Source: Pseudomonadota bacterium
GTDB taxonomy: Bacteria > Pseudomonadota > Gammaproteobacteria > Burkholderiales > Casimicrobiaceae
NCBI GenBank assembly: GCA_041691615.1
Contig: JBEPUI010000009.1
Span: forward strand, 12,888 to 76,887
DNA length: 64,000 bases
Direction: 5' to 3'
In this document: positions 9,590-22,075 of the stretch, in pieces
How positions within the stretch are numbered: the stretch's first letter is position 1
Layout of the letters: every line of letters starts with the position of its first letter
Notes under the pieces: generated by a model
The model's input: only the letters and a program-made list of their open reading frames with translations
Told to the model about the DNA's origin: nothing
Database searches by the model: none
Position numbers and translations under genes: made by a program

Positions 9590-11305
9590 ATGGCCGCCGA
9601 CACGACCTCGATCGCCCCGGTTGCCCGGCTGCAATGGCTGTCGCGTTTTCCGCGCGGGCTGACGATCCTCGTCACTGCGATGGCGGTGCTGTCGCCACTG
9701 TCGCTGATCCTGTACCAGAGCTTCCTCACCGCGCCATTTTTCGAGGCCAACAAGTCGGCCGGCCTCGACGCGTATCGCTTCGTCTTCGACGACTCCGATT
9801 TCTGGCACGCATTCCTCAACTCGGGCGTGCTCGCCATCGGCATGACGCTGATCGCCGTGCCGCTGGGCGCGATGCTGGCGTTCGTGATGGAGCGCACCGA
9901 CCTGCCGGGCAAGCGCTTTCTCGAGCCGATCATCCTGGTCCCGAGCTTCGTGTCGCCGATGGTGCTGTCGTTCGGCTACGTCGTCGCGGCCGGACCCGTG
10001 GGGTTCTACTCCGTATGGTCGCAGGACCTGTTCGGCGCGGCGCCGTGGGGCATCTACTCGATTCCGGCGATGGCGGTGATCGCCGGACTGACGCACGTGC
10101 CCAACGTCTACGTCTACGCATCGGCGGCGCTGAAAAGCCTGGGATCCGACGTCGAGGAGGCCGCGCGCATCGCCGGCGCTAGCCCGTTTCGCGTCGCGGT
10201 CACGGTGAGCCTGCCGCTGATCGCACCCGCGTTGCTGTTCGCGGCGGTGCTCGTATTCTTCCTCGGTTTCGAGCTGTTCGGATTGCCACTGGTGCTGGGC
10301 GACCCCGAAGGCCACCTGGTGCTGTCGACTTATCTCTACAAGCTGACCAACAAGCTCGGCACGCCGTCATATCACCTGATGGCCGCGGTGGCGATCTGCA
10401 TCGTGGCGGTGACGTTTCCGCTGGTATTGCTGCAACGCCACCTGCTGCAGAACGCGCGGCGCTACGCGACGATCAAGGGCAAGGCCGGGCGCATGAAGGA
10501 GCTGCCGCTCGGCCGCTGGAAGTGGGCCGCGATGGCGCTGCTGCTGGCCTGGATGTTCCTGGCCGTCGTGGTGCCGGTCTCCGGCATCACGCTGCGTGCG
10601 TTCGTCACCAACTGGGGCATCGGCGTGACGCTGGTCGACGCCTTCACGCTCGACAATTTCCGCGCCGTGTTCGAGGAGCCGACGCACACGCGAGCCATCA
10701 TCAACACCATCCTGATCGGCACGATCGGCGGCGCGCTGGCCGTGGCCTGCTACACGGCGATCGGGTTCGCCACGCATCGGCGCAACGACGGCTGGTCGCG
10801 CTTCATCGATTACCTGGTGCTGATCCCGCGCGCGATCCCCGGCTTGCTCGCGGGCCTCGCGTTCCTGTGGCTGTTCCTGTTCCTGCCGCCGCTGCAACCG
10901 TTGCGCGCGACGTTGTTCAGCATGTGGCTCGCGTACACCGTCGTGTGGCTCGCCTACGGCATGCGCCTGATCTCGACGTCGATGTTCCAGGTGAGCACCG
11001 AGCTCGAGGAAGCGGCGCGCACGATCGGCGCGACACGGGGCCGGATTTCGCGCGAGATCACGCTGCCGCTGATCCGCCACGGCCTGCTCGGCTCGTGGCT
11101 GCTGGTGTTCCTGATCTTCGAGCGCGAGTATTCGACCGGCGTTTACCTGCTCGCGCCGGGCAACGAAGTGATCGGCGCGCAACTGGTGTCGCTGTGGCAG
11201 GGTGGCGCGATCGACTTGGTTGCCGCGCTGTCGCTGATCAACATCGTGCTGGTTGGCATCGGCCTCGCGCTGGCGCTGCGCTTCGGCGTGCGCCTGCGCG
11301 ACTGA
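9590..11305 (+). CDS. ABC permease, two-module FbpB-like
   Basis: Two EAA loops (EEAARIAGA, EEAARTIGA); many TM segments. Confidence 0.9.
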   Translation: MAADTTSIAPVARLQWLSRFPRGLTILVTAMAVLSPLSLILYQSFLTAPFFEANKSAGLDAYRFVFDDSDFWHAFLNSGVLAIGMTLIAVPLGAMLAFVMERTDLPGKRFLEPIILVPSFVSPMVLSFGYVVAAGPVGFYSVWSQDLFGAAPWGIYSIPAMAVIAGLTHVPNVYVYASAALKSLGSDVEEAARIAGASPFRVAVTVSLPLIAPALLFAAVLVFFLGFELFGLPLVLGDPEGHLVLSTYLYKLTNKLGTPSYHLMAAVAICIVAVTFPLVLLQRHLLQNARRYATIKGKAGRMKELPLGRWKWAAMALLLAWMFLAVVVPVSGITLRAFVTNWGIGVTLVDAFTLDNFRAVFEEPTHTRAIINTILIGTIGGALAVACYTAIGFATHRRNDGWSRFIDYLVLIPRAIPGLLAGLAFLWLFLFLPPLQPLRATLFSMWLAYTVVWLAYGMRLISTSMFQVSTELEEAARTIGATRGRISREITLPLIRHGLLGSWLLVFLIFEREYSTGVYLLAPGNEVIGAQLVSLWQGGAIDLVAALSLINIVLVGIGLALALRFGVRLRD

Positions 11306-11336
11306 CGCTTGCGCCCCCAGGAACCGGGAAATTGCC

Positions 11337-12404
11337 ATGACCGAACTGACTGTCGACGACCTTCACCTGCGCTACGGCGACACGCCGATCCTCAATGGCG
11401 TCGCGCTCACGCTCGAACGCGGCCAGGTCGTGTCGCTGCTGGGCCCGTCGGGCAGCGGCAAGACGACGTTGCTGCGCGCGGTGGCGGGCCTCGAATCGCC
11501 TTACCAGGGGACGATACGCATCGGCAACGCCGCGGTTTTTGACGGCGCGCGCGGCCTCGACGTTCCCGCCGAGCGTCGCAACCTCGGCCTGGTGTTCCAG
11601 TCGTACGCGCTGTGGCCGCACAAGACCATCTTCGACAACGTCGGCTATGGGCTGCGCCTGCGCAAGGTTTCCGCCGCGGACATCAAGACGCAAGTGACGC
11701 GCGTCCTCGAGCAATTGTCGCTCGGCCACCTGGGCGAGCGCTATCCGCACCAGCTGTCCGGTGGCCAGCAGCAGCGGGTCGCACTCGCGCGCGCGCTGGT
11801 CTACAACCCCCCGGTGATCCTGCTCGACGAGCCGCTGTCCAACCTCGACGCCAAGCTGCGCGAGGAAGCGCGCGCGTGGCTGCGCGAGCTGATCGTGCGC
11901 CTGCAGCTCTCGGCGCTGTGCGTCACGCACGACCAGGGCGAGGCGATGGCGATGTCGGACCGCATCCTGCTGCTCAACAACGGCCGCATCGAGCAGCAGG
12001 GCACGCCGCTCGAGATGTACAGCGACCCCAAGACGCTTTTCGCCGCAGACTTCATGGGCAGCAACAACCAGCTGAAGGGCGAAGTCGCCGAAGTCCGCGA
12101 CGGCGTGGCAATGCTCGGTGGCGACGGCTGGAAGCTCGCAGGCGTCACGCGGCCCGGCACCACGGCCGGCAAGCCGGGTGTCGCGATGATCCGCGTCGAG
12201 CGTGTCCGCGTCGCCGCGTCCGCCGGCGACAATCGCATTGCCGCCAAGCTGATCACGTCGATGTACATCGGCGATCGATTCGAGCACCTGTTCGAGCTCG
12301 CGAACTCGCGGATTCGCGCGTACGGCGAATCCGCGCTCAACGCGGGGGCGGCGTATTTCGTCGAATTGCCGCGCGACGCGATCTGGGTCTTCCCCACGGC
12401 CTGA
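11337..12404 (+). CDS. ABC ATP-binding protein (FbpC/PotA-like, with TOBE domain)
   Basis: GPSGSGKT, LSGGQQQRVALAR, LLDEP. Confidence 0.92.
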   Translation: MTELTVDDLHLRYGDTPILNGVALTLERGQVVSLLGPSGSGKTTLLRAVAGLESPYQGTIRIGNAAVFDGARGLDVPAERRNLGLVFQSYALWPHKTIFDNVGYGLRLRKVSAADIKTQVTRVLEQLSLGHLGERYPHQLSGGQQQRVALARALVYNPPVILLDEPLSNLDAKLREEARAWLRELIVRLQLSALCVTHDQGEAMAMSDRILLLNNGRIEQQGTPLEMYSDPKTLFAADFMGSNNQLKGEVAEVRDGVAMLGGDGWKLAGVTRPGTTAGKPGVAMIRVERVRVAASAGDNRIAAKLITSMYIGDRFEHLFELANSRIRAYGESALNAGAAYFVELPRDAIWVFPTA

Positions 12405-12475
12405 ACGGCGCGGGCTGGCGTTCCGGTGCGAAGGCCGCGCTTAAGTCCGCCATTGCGCGGCTGCATCAACTTTCG

Positions 12476-13801
12476 ATGAGCGAATCTCAAACTCCCCCCT
12501 ACCGGATCGTCGTCGTCGGCGGTGGCGCCGGCGGTCTCGAGCTCGCAACGCGACTCGGCAATTCGCTTGGCGCGAGTGGCCGGGCGCAAGTCACGCTGGT
12601 CGATCGCAACGAAACTCACATGTGGAAGCCATTGCTGCACGAAGCGGCGGCGGGCAGCCTCGACGTAAATGCGCACCAGATCGACTTCATGGCGCAGGCG
12701 CATTGGCACCACTTTGCGTTCCGGCTGGGCGCAATCGAGGCGCTGGACCGCGCCAACCGCACGATCACCATCGGCGCAGTGGTCGACGCCGAAGGATTGG
12801 CGATGCTGCCACGACGGCAGGTCGGCTACGACACGCTGATCCTCGCGATCGGCGGCGTGTCCAACGATTTCGGCATTCCCGGCGTGCGTGAAAACGCTTC
12901 CATGCTCGATTCGACCGCGGATGCGGAGCGCTTCCATCGCCGGCTGGTCGCGGCCTGCGCGCGCGCCAATGCTGCCGGCGAATCCGGTGCACGGCCCGAC
13001 GTCAGTGTCGTCATCATCGGTGGTGGCGCGACGGGAGTGGAGCTCGCGGCGCAACTGCGCGACACCACGCGCGTGCTCGCAAGTTACGGCCTCGCGTCGT
13101 TCGATGCGCGCCGCCAGTTCAAGATCAAGCTGCTGGAAGCCGCCGATCGCATCCTTCCGCAAATGCCCAAGCGCGTCGCCGACGCGACCGCCAAGATCCT
13201 CGCCAAGCTCGATGTAGACGTGCTGGTCAACGACCGCGTCGTGCGCATGGACGGCAGCAAAATCGTCACCGTCGCTGGACAATTGCTGGGCTACGACCTC
13301 GCGGTGTGGGCGGCAGGCGTCAAGGCGCCTGACTGGCTCGCCGGCTTCGGCGGACTGTCGACCAATCGCAATCACCAGGTGATCGTCCGCGATACGCTGC
13401 AAAGCGTGGACGACGACGACGTGTTCGCGATCGGCGACTGCGCGCAGTGTCCGTGGCCGGAGAAAGACATTGCGCTGCCGCCGCTTGCGCAGGCGGCGCA
13501 TCAGCAGTCGTCGCACCTCGCGCGGATGATGAAACGGCGCATTGCCGGGCGGCCATTACGGCCGTTCCGCTACCACAACTACGGTTCGCTGGTGTCGCTC
13601 GGCGAGACTTCCGCGGTGGGCAATCTCATGGGCGGCCTGATCGGCGGCGCGATGTTCGTCGAAGGCGTGATCGCGCGCATCATGTACATTTCCAATTACA
13701 CGCTGCACCTGGCGGCGCTGCACGGCTGGACGCGCGTTGCGCTCGGCAGCGTCGGCCGATTCCTGCGCGAGCGCACCGAACCTCGCGTCAAGCTGCACTG
13801 A
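12476..13801 (+). CDS. ndh: Type II NADH dehydrogenase-family FAD oxidoreductase
   Basis: Two Rossmann motifs ([19 protein letters not shown]), FAIGDCA, AQAAHQQ; start at ATG 12476. Confidence 0.88.
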   Translation: MSESQTPPYRIVVVGGGAGGLELATRLGNSLGASGRAQVTLVDRNETHMWKPLLHEAAAGSLDVNAHQIDFMAQAHWHHFAFRLGAIEALDRANRTITIGAVVDAEGLAMLPRRQVGYDTLILAIGGVSNDFGIPGVRENASMLDSTADAERFHRRLVAACARANAAGESGARPDVSVVIIGGGATGVELAAQLRDTTRVLASYGLASFDARRQFKIKLLEAADRILPQMPKRVADATAKILAKLDVDVLVNDRVVRMDGSKIVTVAGQLLGYDLAVWAAGVKAPDWLAGFGGLSTNRNHQVIVRDTLQSVDDDDVFAIGDCAQCPWPEKDIALPPLAQAAHQQSSHLARMMKRRIAGRPLRPFRYHNYGSLVSLGETSAVGNLMGGLIGGAMFVEGVIARIMYISNYTLHLAALHGWTRVALGSVGRFLRERTEPRVKLH

Positions 13802-13811
13802 CGGGTACGCC

Positions 13812-16433
<2,622 letters not shown>

Positions 16434-16484
16434 CGCCCCCAACAACGCGCGCAGCGGCGACGCATGCAGTGGTGCAACGCCGCT

Positions 16485-17285
16485 TCAGCGCGGCGGTGGC
16501 GTGCGCACGATATAACTGCGCAACTCGCGCAGTCTAGCCTTGACGATCGTCGCGTTGGGCGTGCCCATCCGCAGCAGGATTTTCTGTCCCGCCGGTAACG
16601 CCTGCAGCGCCGGATCGGCGAACACGTAGACGACTTTGGGTTGCTCGAGCGCGACCGGCGCTTGGACGTCGGGCGTCGCCAGCAGCAGGTCGATCACGCT
16701 CACCAGCCGGTCGTTGAAGTAGCCATTGGGATAACCGAGCTCGCGGTACGCCTGCTGGAACAGCGGGTAATCCTGCAGGTAGACGCCGGCGACACGCTTC
16801 AGGTCCATCGCCTGCAAGGCCCTCACGTACAACGCGTAGCGCAGCGCGTTGCCGGCGCCGATCGTCGTGGCCCCTGCGGTCGAGTCCACGATCAGGCTGC
16901 CGGAAGCAGGATCGATGGGAATGATTGTCGGCGAGACGCTTTCACGCGGCAACGCGTCGACGGTGGCCACGAAATTGCGGACGATGCGATCGGCGTGAAA
17001 GAACGCCGGCAGCGTGCCGCCGCTGAACAGTGCGCCCAGCGCATCGCGCATCGCCACGTCGCTGTGATCGAGCGGCACCGGTTGCGCCGTGGTGGCATCA
17101 GTCGCCAGCGGCGCGTCCTCGACCGGATGCTGGATCAACGGTGGCGGTGTTGCTTCGGTGGCCACCGGCGCCGGTGCCTGCACGACCGCCGGCGGCTGGG
17201 GCGGCGTTTGCTGGTGCCACCAGAACCATGCGGCGGCCCCGGCGGCGGCGAGAATCAGGGCTGCGGCGACCAGGGTTCGGTTCAT
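16485..17285 (-). CDS. DUF3014-like membrane-anchored protein
   Basis: N-terminal TM segment; YPLFQQAYRELGYP..YFNDRL and L..GQK.LLRMG are typical of DUF3014. Confidence 0.75.
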   Translation of the reverse strand: MNRTLVAAALILAAAGAAAWFWWHQQTPPQPPAVVQAPAPVATEATPPPLIQHPVEDAPLATDATTAQPVPLDHSDVAMRDALGALFSGGTLPAFFHADRIVRNFVATVDALPRESVSPTIIPIDPASGSLIVDSTAGATTIGAGNALRYALYVRALQAMDLKRVAGVYLQDYPLFQQAYRELGYPNGYFNDRLVSVIDLLLATPDVQAPVALEQPKVVYVFADPALQALPAGQKILLRMGTPNATIVKARLRELRSYIVRTPPPR

Positions 17286-17358
17286 GGCTGGGTTGAAAAA
17301 TAGGAAGGCTTGGTCATGTAGATACGGGGAGCGCGCGTTGGTTCCGTGCCCACGCGCT

Positions 17359-18078
17359 TCAGGACATCTGCAACGCGATGGCGAATGCGGCCCGGTATCC
17401 CTCGCCGGCCGGCTTCGCCGCCAGCATCAAGTCCTTGCCGCCCTGCCGGTAGAGGAAGTCATCGGCGTTGTGCATGAAGCCCCGGCCGCGGCGCGCGTAG
17501 GCGGGTGCCGCGAATACGCGCTCGCTCAGCACGTCGTCGAAATAGAGTTGCGACGTGAATTCCTGTTGCCGGCCGGTCGCGTCCTTTGCACGTATCTTGA
17601 AATGAATGTGCACCGCACGGCCGTCGTACCAGCCGGGATAGATCGTCGCGAATTGCACGCTGCCGTCGGCGTCTGTCATCTGCCCTCCGCGCAGGAAGTC
17701 CATGCCTGCGGTCGTGCGCCGGCCGTCGACGCCCGAATAGCGGCCGTCGGCATCGCTGTGCCACACATCCACCTGCGCATCGCGCATCGGTGCACAACCG
17801 TTGCCGGCAACGCGCGACACCTGGAATTCGAGCTGCAGCGGCACGCCCGATGCGCCGCCGCGGATGTCGCGGCGCTGCAGTGCCTGGTCGACAAAAAACG
17901 GGCCTTCGGTTTGGGCAGGGCGCACCACGCAAGCAGGCGCGGCGCCGCTGCCGCCCATGCCACTCGTGCCGCCCGCCGCGCGAACGGCCTGCGCGGCCAA
18001 CAGTCCCGCCCCGCCGATCAGCGCGAGCGCTCGCCGCCGGGGCAACACCGTTCCCGTGGGTCGATCATCGTCGTGCAT
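17359..18078 (-). CDS. Intradiol ring-cleavage dioxygenase-like protein with Tat-like signal
   Basis: EGPFF, VWHSDADGRY, YPGWY and VHIH iron-ligand motifs; N-terminal PRRRALAL. Confidence 0.8.
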   Translation of the reverse strand: MHDDDRPTGTVLPRRRALALIGGAGLLAAQAVRAAGGTSGMGGSGAAPACVVRPAQTEGPFFVDQALQRRDIRGGASGVPLQLEFQVSRVAGNGCAPMRDAQVDVWHSDADGRYSGVDGRRTTAGMDFLRGGQMTDADGSVQFATIYPGWYDGRAVHIHFKIRAKDATGRQQEFTSQLYFDDVLSERVFAAPAYARRGRGFMHNADDFLYRQGGKDLMLAAKPAGEGYRAAFAIALQMS

Positions 18079-18102
18079 GAGTCGCGATCGCGTTCGACTG
18101 CA

Positions 18103-18579
18103 TCAGTGATGGTGCCCGTGCGCGCCATGCACGTGCCCGTGGGTCATTTCCTCGGCAGTGGCCGGACGCACGTCGACGATCGTCGCGTCGAACCGCAGCC
18201 GCTGGCCCGCAAGTTCGTGGTTGCCATCCAGCACGGCCTTGCCGTCGGCGATGCTGGTAACGCGAAACACGATTTCCTCGCCGTCCTTTTCCGCGACCAG
18301 GTAACCGCCGGTGGACAGGTCGGGTGGAAGCGATGCGACAGGCTCGATGCGGATCAGCGCGGCGTCGTATTCCCCGAACGCGTCGATCGGCTCGAGTGTG
18401 ACCGAGACCTTGTCGCCGGCCTGCTTGTTGTCGATCGCCGCCTCGACCTTGGGAAAGATCCCGGAGTGTCCGCCGTGCAGGTACGCGATCGGCTGGTCGC
18501 CGGTCTCCTCGACAAGCGAGTTCTGGGCATCGAACAACTTGAAATTCAGGGTGACGACGGTGTTGGCGAACGCATTCAT
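18103..18579 (-). CDS. slyD: FKBP-type peptidyl-prolyl isomerase SlyD
   Basis: YLHGG, AFGEYD, LDGNHELAGQRLRF, His-rich tail HGHVHGAHGHHH. Confidence 0.92.
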   Translation of the reverse strand: MNAFANTVVTLNFKLFDAQNSLVEETGDQPIAYLHGGHSGIFPKVEAAIDNKQAGDKVSVTLEPIDAFGEYDAALIRIEPVASLPPDLSTGGYLVAEKDGEEIVFRVTSIADGKAVLDGNHELAGQRLRFDATIVDVRPATAEEMTHGHVHGAHGHHH

Positions 18580-18789
18580 GGGATTTTCTCGTGTAGGACG
18601 GCGTGCTGCCCACGCGCGCACGGGATCGAAAAGCGATTGTAGCGCGCCGCTATAATCGTCCCCGCGCGTTTCTTGATGCACGCAAACCGCCCGATGCGCG
18701 GGCGTGGCCCGTTGCGCGCGAGTCGATCTCGCGCGATCCGGATCGCGTGCAAGCCACGGCGAACCGCAACGACACGTGCAACCAATGCG

Positions 18790-19938
18790 ATGACCACAGC
18801 ACCGCCCACGCCCCCGTCCCCGATGCCCGCGCGCCTGTCGCCCCAGGCGTTCGTCGCCCGCTACTGGCACAAGCGGCCGCTGCTGATGCGCGGGGCGTTG
18901 CCTGGTTTCGACGAGATTTTCACATGGCCGCAATTGCGACGCCTCGCCGAGCGCGATGACGTCGAGTCGCGGCTCGTCGCGCGCGAAGGCTCGCGCTGGA
19001 CGATGACGCGCGGGCCGTTTCCCCGATCCACGTGGCGCGAGCTGCCGCCACGGCAGTGGACGCTGCTGGTGCAGGGCATCAACCTTCACGACCGGCGCGC
19101 CGATCGGCTGATGCGCCGATTCGCGTTCCTGCCGTTCGCGCGCCTCGATGACCTGATGGTGAGCCACGCGGCGCCAGGCGGCGGCGTGGGTCCGCACGTC
19201 GATTCGTACGACGTGTTCCTGCTGCAGGGCGCCGGCCAGCGACGCTGGCGCTACGGACAACAGCGGGATCTGGCGTTCAAGCCACGGCTGCCGCTCAAGA
19301 TCCTGGCGCGCTTCGCGCCCAGCCACGATCATGTGCTCGAGCGTGGCGACATCCTTTACCTGCCGCCGCACGTCGCGCACGACGGCGTGGCGCTGACCAC
19401 CTGCACGACGTACTCGATCGGCTTTCGCGCGGCCGGCGCCACCGAGCTCGCGCAGGCGTTCCTCGACTATTTGCGCGACCGCGTCGACCTGCCCGGCCGC
19501 TATGCGGACCCCGACCTGCGCGCGACGTCCACACCGGCGCGCATCGACCCGCGGATGCAGGCGCGTCTCGCATCGATGCTCCGCAAGGTCCGAGTCAACC
19601 GGCGGATGATCGACGATTTCGCCGGCACGTGGCTGTCCGAACCGAAGCCCGACGTGTTCTTCGTGCCGCCGGCCGTGCCGCTATCACGTGCCGCGTTCGC
19701 GCGCGCGGCCGCGATGCACGGCGTGGTGCTGGATGTGCGCACACAGCTTCTCTACGACGATGCCGCTTTCTACATCAATGGGGTAGCATTGGCGCCGTTG
19801 CGCGCCGCGCGGGCCGCGCTCGCGTCGCTGGCGAACCAGCGCGCGTTGCGGGCAGCGCAATGCAGCGTCCTGCCCGCCTCCACGATCACGCTTTTTTACG
19901 ATTGGTACCGCGATGGCTACCTCGACGTCGACCGATGA
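18790..19938 (+). CDS. roxA: JmjC/cupin 2OG oxygenase, RoxA/YcfD family (ribosomal protein L16 hydroxylase-like)
   Basis: YWHKRPLL, RLDDLMVS, GGVGPHVDSYDVFLLQ, YLPP..AHDG, YSIGFRA. Confidence 0.85.
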   Translation: MTTAPPTPPSPMPARLSPQAFVARYWHKRPLLMRGALPGFDEIFTWPQLRRLAERDDVESRLVAREGSRWTMTRGPFPRSTWRELPPRQWTLLVQGINLHDRRADRLMRRFAFLPFARLDDLMVSHAAPGGGVGPHVDSYDVFLLQGAGQRRWRYGQQRDLAFKPRLPLKILARFAPSHDHVLERGDILYLPPHVAHDGVALTTCTTYSIGFRAAGATELAQAFLDYLRDRVDLPGRYADPDLRATSTPARIDPRMQARLASMLRKVRVNRRMIDDFAGTWLSEPKPDVFFVPPAVPLSRAAFARAAAMHGVVLDVRTQLLYDDAAFYINGVALAPLRAARAALASLANQRALRAAQCSVLPASTITLFYDWYRDGYLDVDR

Positions 19939-20428
19939 GACCCAGCCCGCGCCGCGCGAGGCGACGCTTGCAAGCGTTTCCGAGCAGGTCGCGGCGATCG
20001 ACGAGCTTGTCGGCTACGCGCGCTTGCGCCTGCAGGTGTTCGACATCGACATGGCGTGGGGCGGCTGGGCGGGCACCGCGCGCGTCGATGCGGTGCGCGC
20101 GTTCCTTCGCGCAGCCCCTGGCGCGCGGCTGGAGATCATCGTTCACGACACGCGCTGGCTGGAAACATCCTCGGGGCGCTTCGTGATGCTGCTGCGCCAG
20201 TTTCCGCAGGCGGTGACCGTCTATCGCACCGGCAGCGAGGCCGCCAGCGCGATGGACCCGCTGGTGATCGTCGATCGCGCGCACTGCCTGCATCGCTTCC
20301 ATATCGACCAGCCGCGCGCATCGCTGATGATTTCGCAGCCGGCAGCGGTGCAATCGCTGGCGACGCGCTTCGACGAGATCTGGGCGACCGGCGAGCCCGG
20401 GCTGACGGGAACGGTCCTCGGGCTCTGA
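19913..20428 (+). CDS. Conserved hypothetical protein coupled to roxA
   Basis: 171-aa ORF overlapping the roxA end, with host-like codon usage. Confidence 0.65.
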   Translation: MATSTSTDETQPAPREATLASVSEQVAAIDELVGYARLRLQVFDIDMAWGGWAGTARVDAVRAFLRAAPGARLEIIVHDTRWLETSSGRFVMLLRQFPQAVTVYRTGSEAASAMDPLVIVDRAHCLHRFHIDQPRASLMISQPAAVQSLATRFDEIWATGEPGLTGTVLGL

Positions 20429-20461
20429 CCCGCGCCGAGCGCTCGCCCGCCGCGCCAGGCA

Positions 20462-21187
20462 TCAGGACAGCGGCACGCCGATCCGCGTGGCGACCTCGCG
20501 GTACTTGCCGATCACGTTGCCCAAGTCGCGGCGGAAGCGATCCTTGTCCATCTTTTCGCCGGTTTGCGCGTCCCACAGCCGACATCCGTCGGGCGTGAAC
20601 TCGTCGCCCAGCACGATCGGTCCCTGCAGCGCATCCAGCGGATGTCCGAACTCCAGCTTGTAGTCGACGAGGTCGATACCGGCATCCGCGAACATCGGCT
20701 TCAGCACGGCGTTGACGCGGTGCGTCAGCGCCTTCATCTGTGCAATCTCGTCGGCGCTCGCCCAGCCGAGGATGCGGATGTGGTCGTCGTTCACCAGCGG
20801 ATCGTGAAGCGCGTCGCTCTTGAGGAAGAATTCGAAAATCGGTTCGGCGAGTTTCGTGCCTTCGTCGATGCCATAGCGCTTGGCCATCGACCCGGCACAG
20901 ACGTTTCGCACCACGCACTCGACCGGCAGCATCTTCATCGCCTTCACCAGCGATTCCCGCTCATTCAGCATGCGCACGAAATGCGTCTTCACGCCCGATC
21001 CGGCGAGGCGGCCCATCACGTAGGCATTGAAGCGATTGTTGGTCTCGCCCTTCTGGTCGAGCTTGGCGAGCTTGGCGCCGTCGAATGCGGAGACGTCGTC
21101 GCGGTAATGCATGATCACCAAGTTCGCATCGTCGGTCGCAAACACGGTCTTGGCCTTGCCGCGGTAGAGTTCCTGGCGTTTTTCCAT
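20462..21187 (-). CDS. purC: SAICAR synthetase
   Basis: LYRGKAK, PVECVVRN, DYKLEFG, DEFTPDGCRLWD, DKDRFR. Confidence 0.97.
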   Translation of the reverse strand: MEKRQELYRGKAKTVFATDDANLVIMHYRDDVSAFDGAKLAKLDQKGETNNRFNAYVMGRLAGSGVKTHFVRMLNERESLVKAMKMLPVECVVRNVCAGSMAKRYGIDEGTKLAEPIFEFFLKSDALHDPLVNDDHIRILGWASADEIAQMKALTHRVNAVLKPMFADAGIDLVDYKLEFGHPLDALQGPIVLGDEFTPDGCRLWDAQTGEKMDKDRFRRDLGNVIGKYREVATRIGVPLS

Positions 21188-21282
21188 CGTGGGTCCCGGT
21201 CGGTGTTGCGGTCAATTAGGAGTGAAAGCAGACGCAGCGAGCCGGCGGCCGCGGCCGGCCCGGCCCTGCGTTTTTGCGCGAT

Positions 21283-22050
21283 TCAGGCAAACGAACGCCA
21301 CGCGAATCCGCTGTCCTGCTCGGCGATGCCGATCCAGTCGGACGCGCAATTGAGCGCCGACGCGAGCGCGTTGCGTGCGAGATCGGGGCGGTTATTTTCG
21401 CGCGACAGATGCGCGGCGATGATGTGCTGAAGGCGAGAGCAGTCGAGCGATGCGAGCAGCGCCGCGGAATCGTCGTTGCAAAGATGGCCGAAGCGCCCCG
21501 CAATGCGCTGCTTCAGCGCCGCCGGGTAGCTGCCCGCGTGCAGCATCTCGCGGTCGTGGTTGCATTCGAGCACCAGCGCGTCGCAACCCGACAGGCTCGC
21601 GCGCACATGCGGCGTCGACATGCCGAGATCGGTGAGCACTCCCAGCCGGTGCTCGCCGTCGCCGACGACGAATTGCACCGGCTCGCGGGCGTCGTGCGGC
21701 ACCGGGAATGGCCGTACCTCGAGATCGCCGATCACCAGCGCGTCGTGGCTGTCGAAGCCATAGACCCTGGCAAGGCCGTCGAAGCGGCCCGCCACGGCGC
21801 TCAGCGTTCCGAACGTCAACCAGACACCGATGCCGTAGCGTGCGGCGAGCGCCGCCACGCCGCCGACGTGATCGGAATGCTCGTGCGTGACGAAGATCGC
21901 GGTGATCGAGGACGGCTCGATGCCCAGCCGCGCGAGGCGCGCGGCACAATCGCGCACGCCGAAGCCGCAGTCGATCAGGATGCGCGTGTCGCCCGCTTCG
22001 ACGATCAGGCCGTTGCCTTCGCTGCCTGACCCGAGCGATGCGAAGCGCAT
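21283..22050 (-). CDS. MBL-fold metallohydrolase (YycJ/WalJ-like)
   Basis: LGSGSEGN, THEHSDH, HDA, ECNHD, GHL, AHLS.EN. Confidence 0.9.
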   Translation of the reverse strand: MRFASLGSGSEGNGLIVEAGDTRILIDCGFGVRDCAARLARLGIEPSSITAIFVTHEHSDHVGGVAALAARYGIGVWLTFGTLSAVAGRFDGLARVYGFDSHDALVIGDLEVRPFPVPHDAREPVQFVVGDGEHRLGVLTDLGMSTPHVRASLSGCDALVLECNHDREMLHAGSYPAALKQRIAGRFGHLCNDDSAALLASLDCSRLQHIIAAHLSRENNRPDLARNALASALNCASDWIGIAEQDSGFAWRSFA

Positions 22051-22075
22051 CAGCGATCGACTTTCGCGTGAATGA

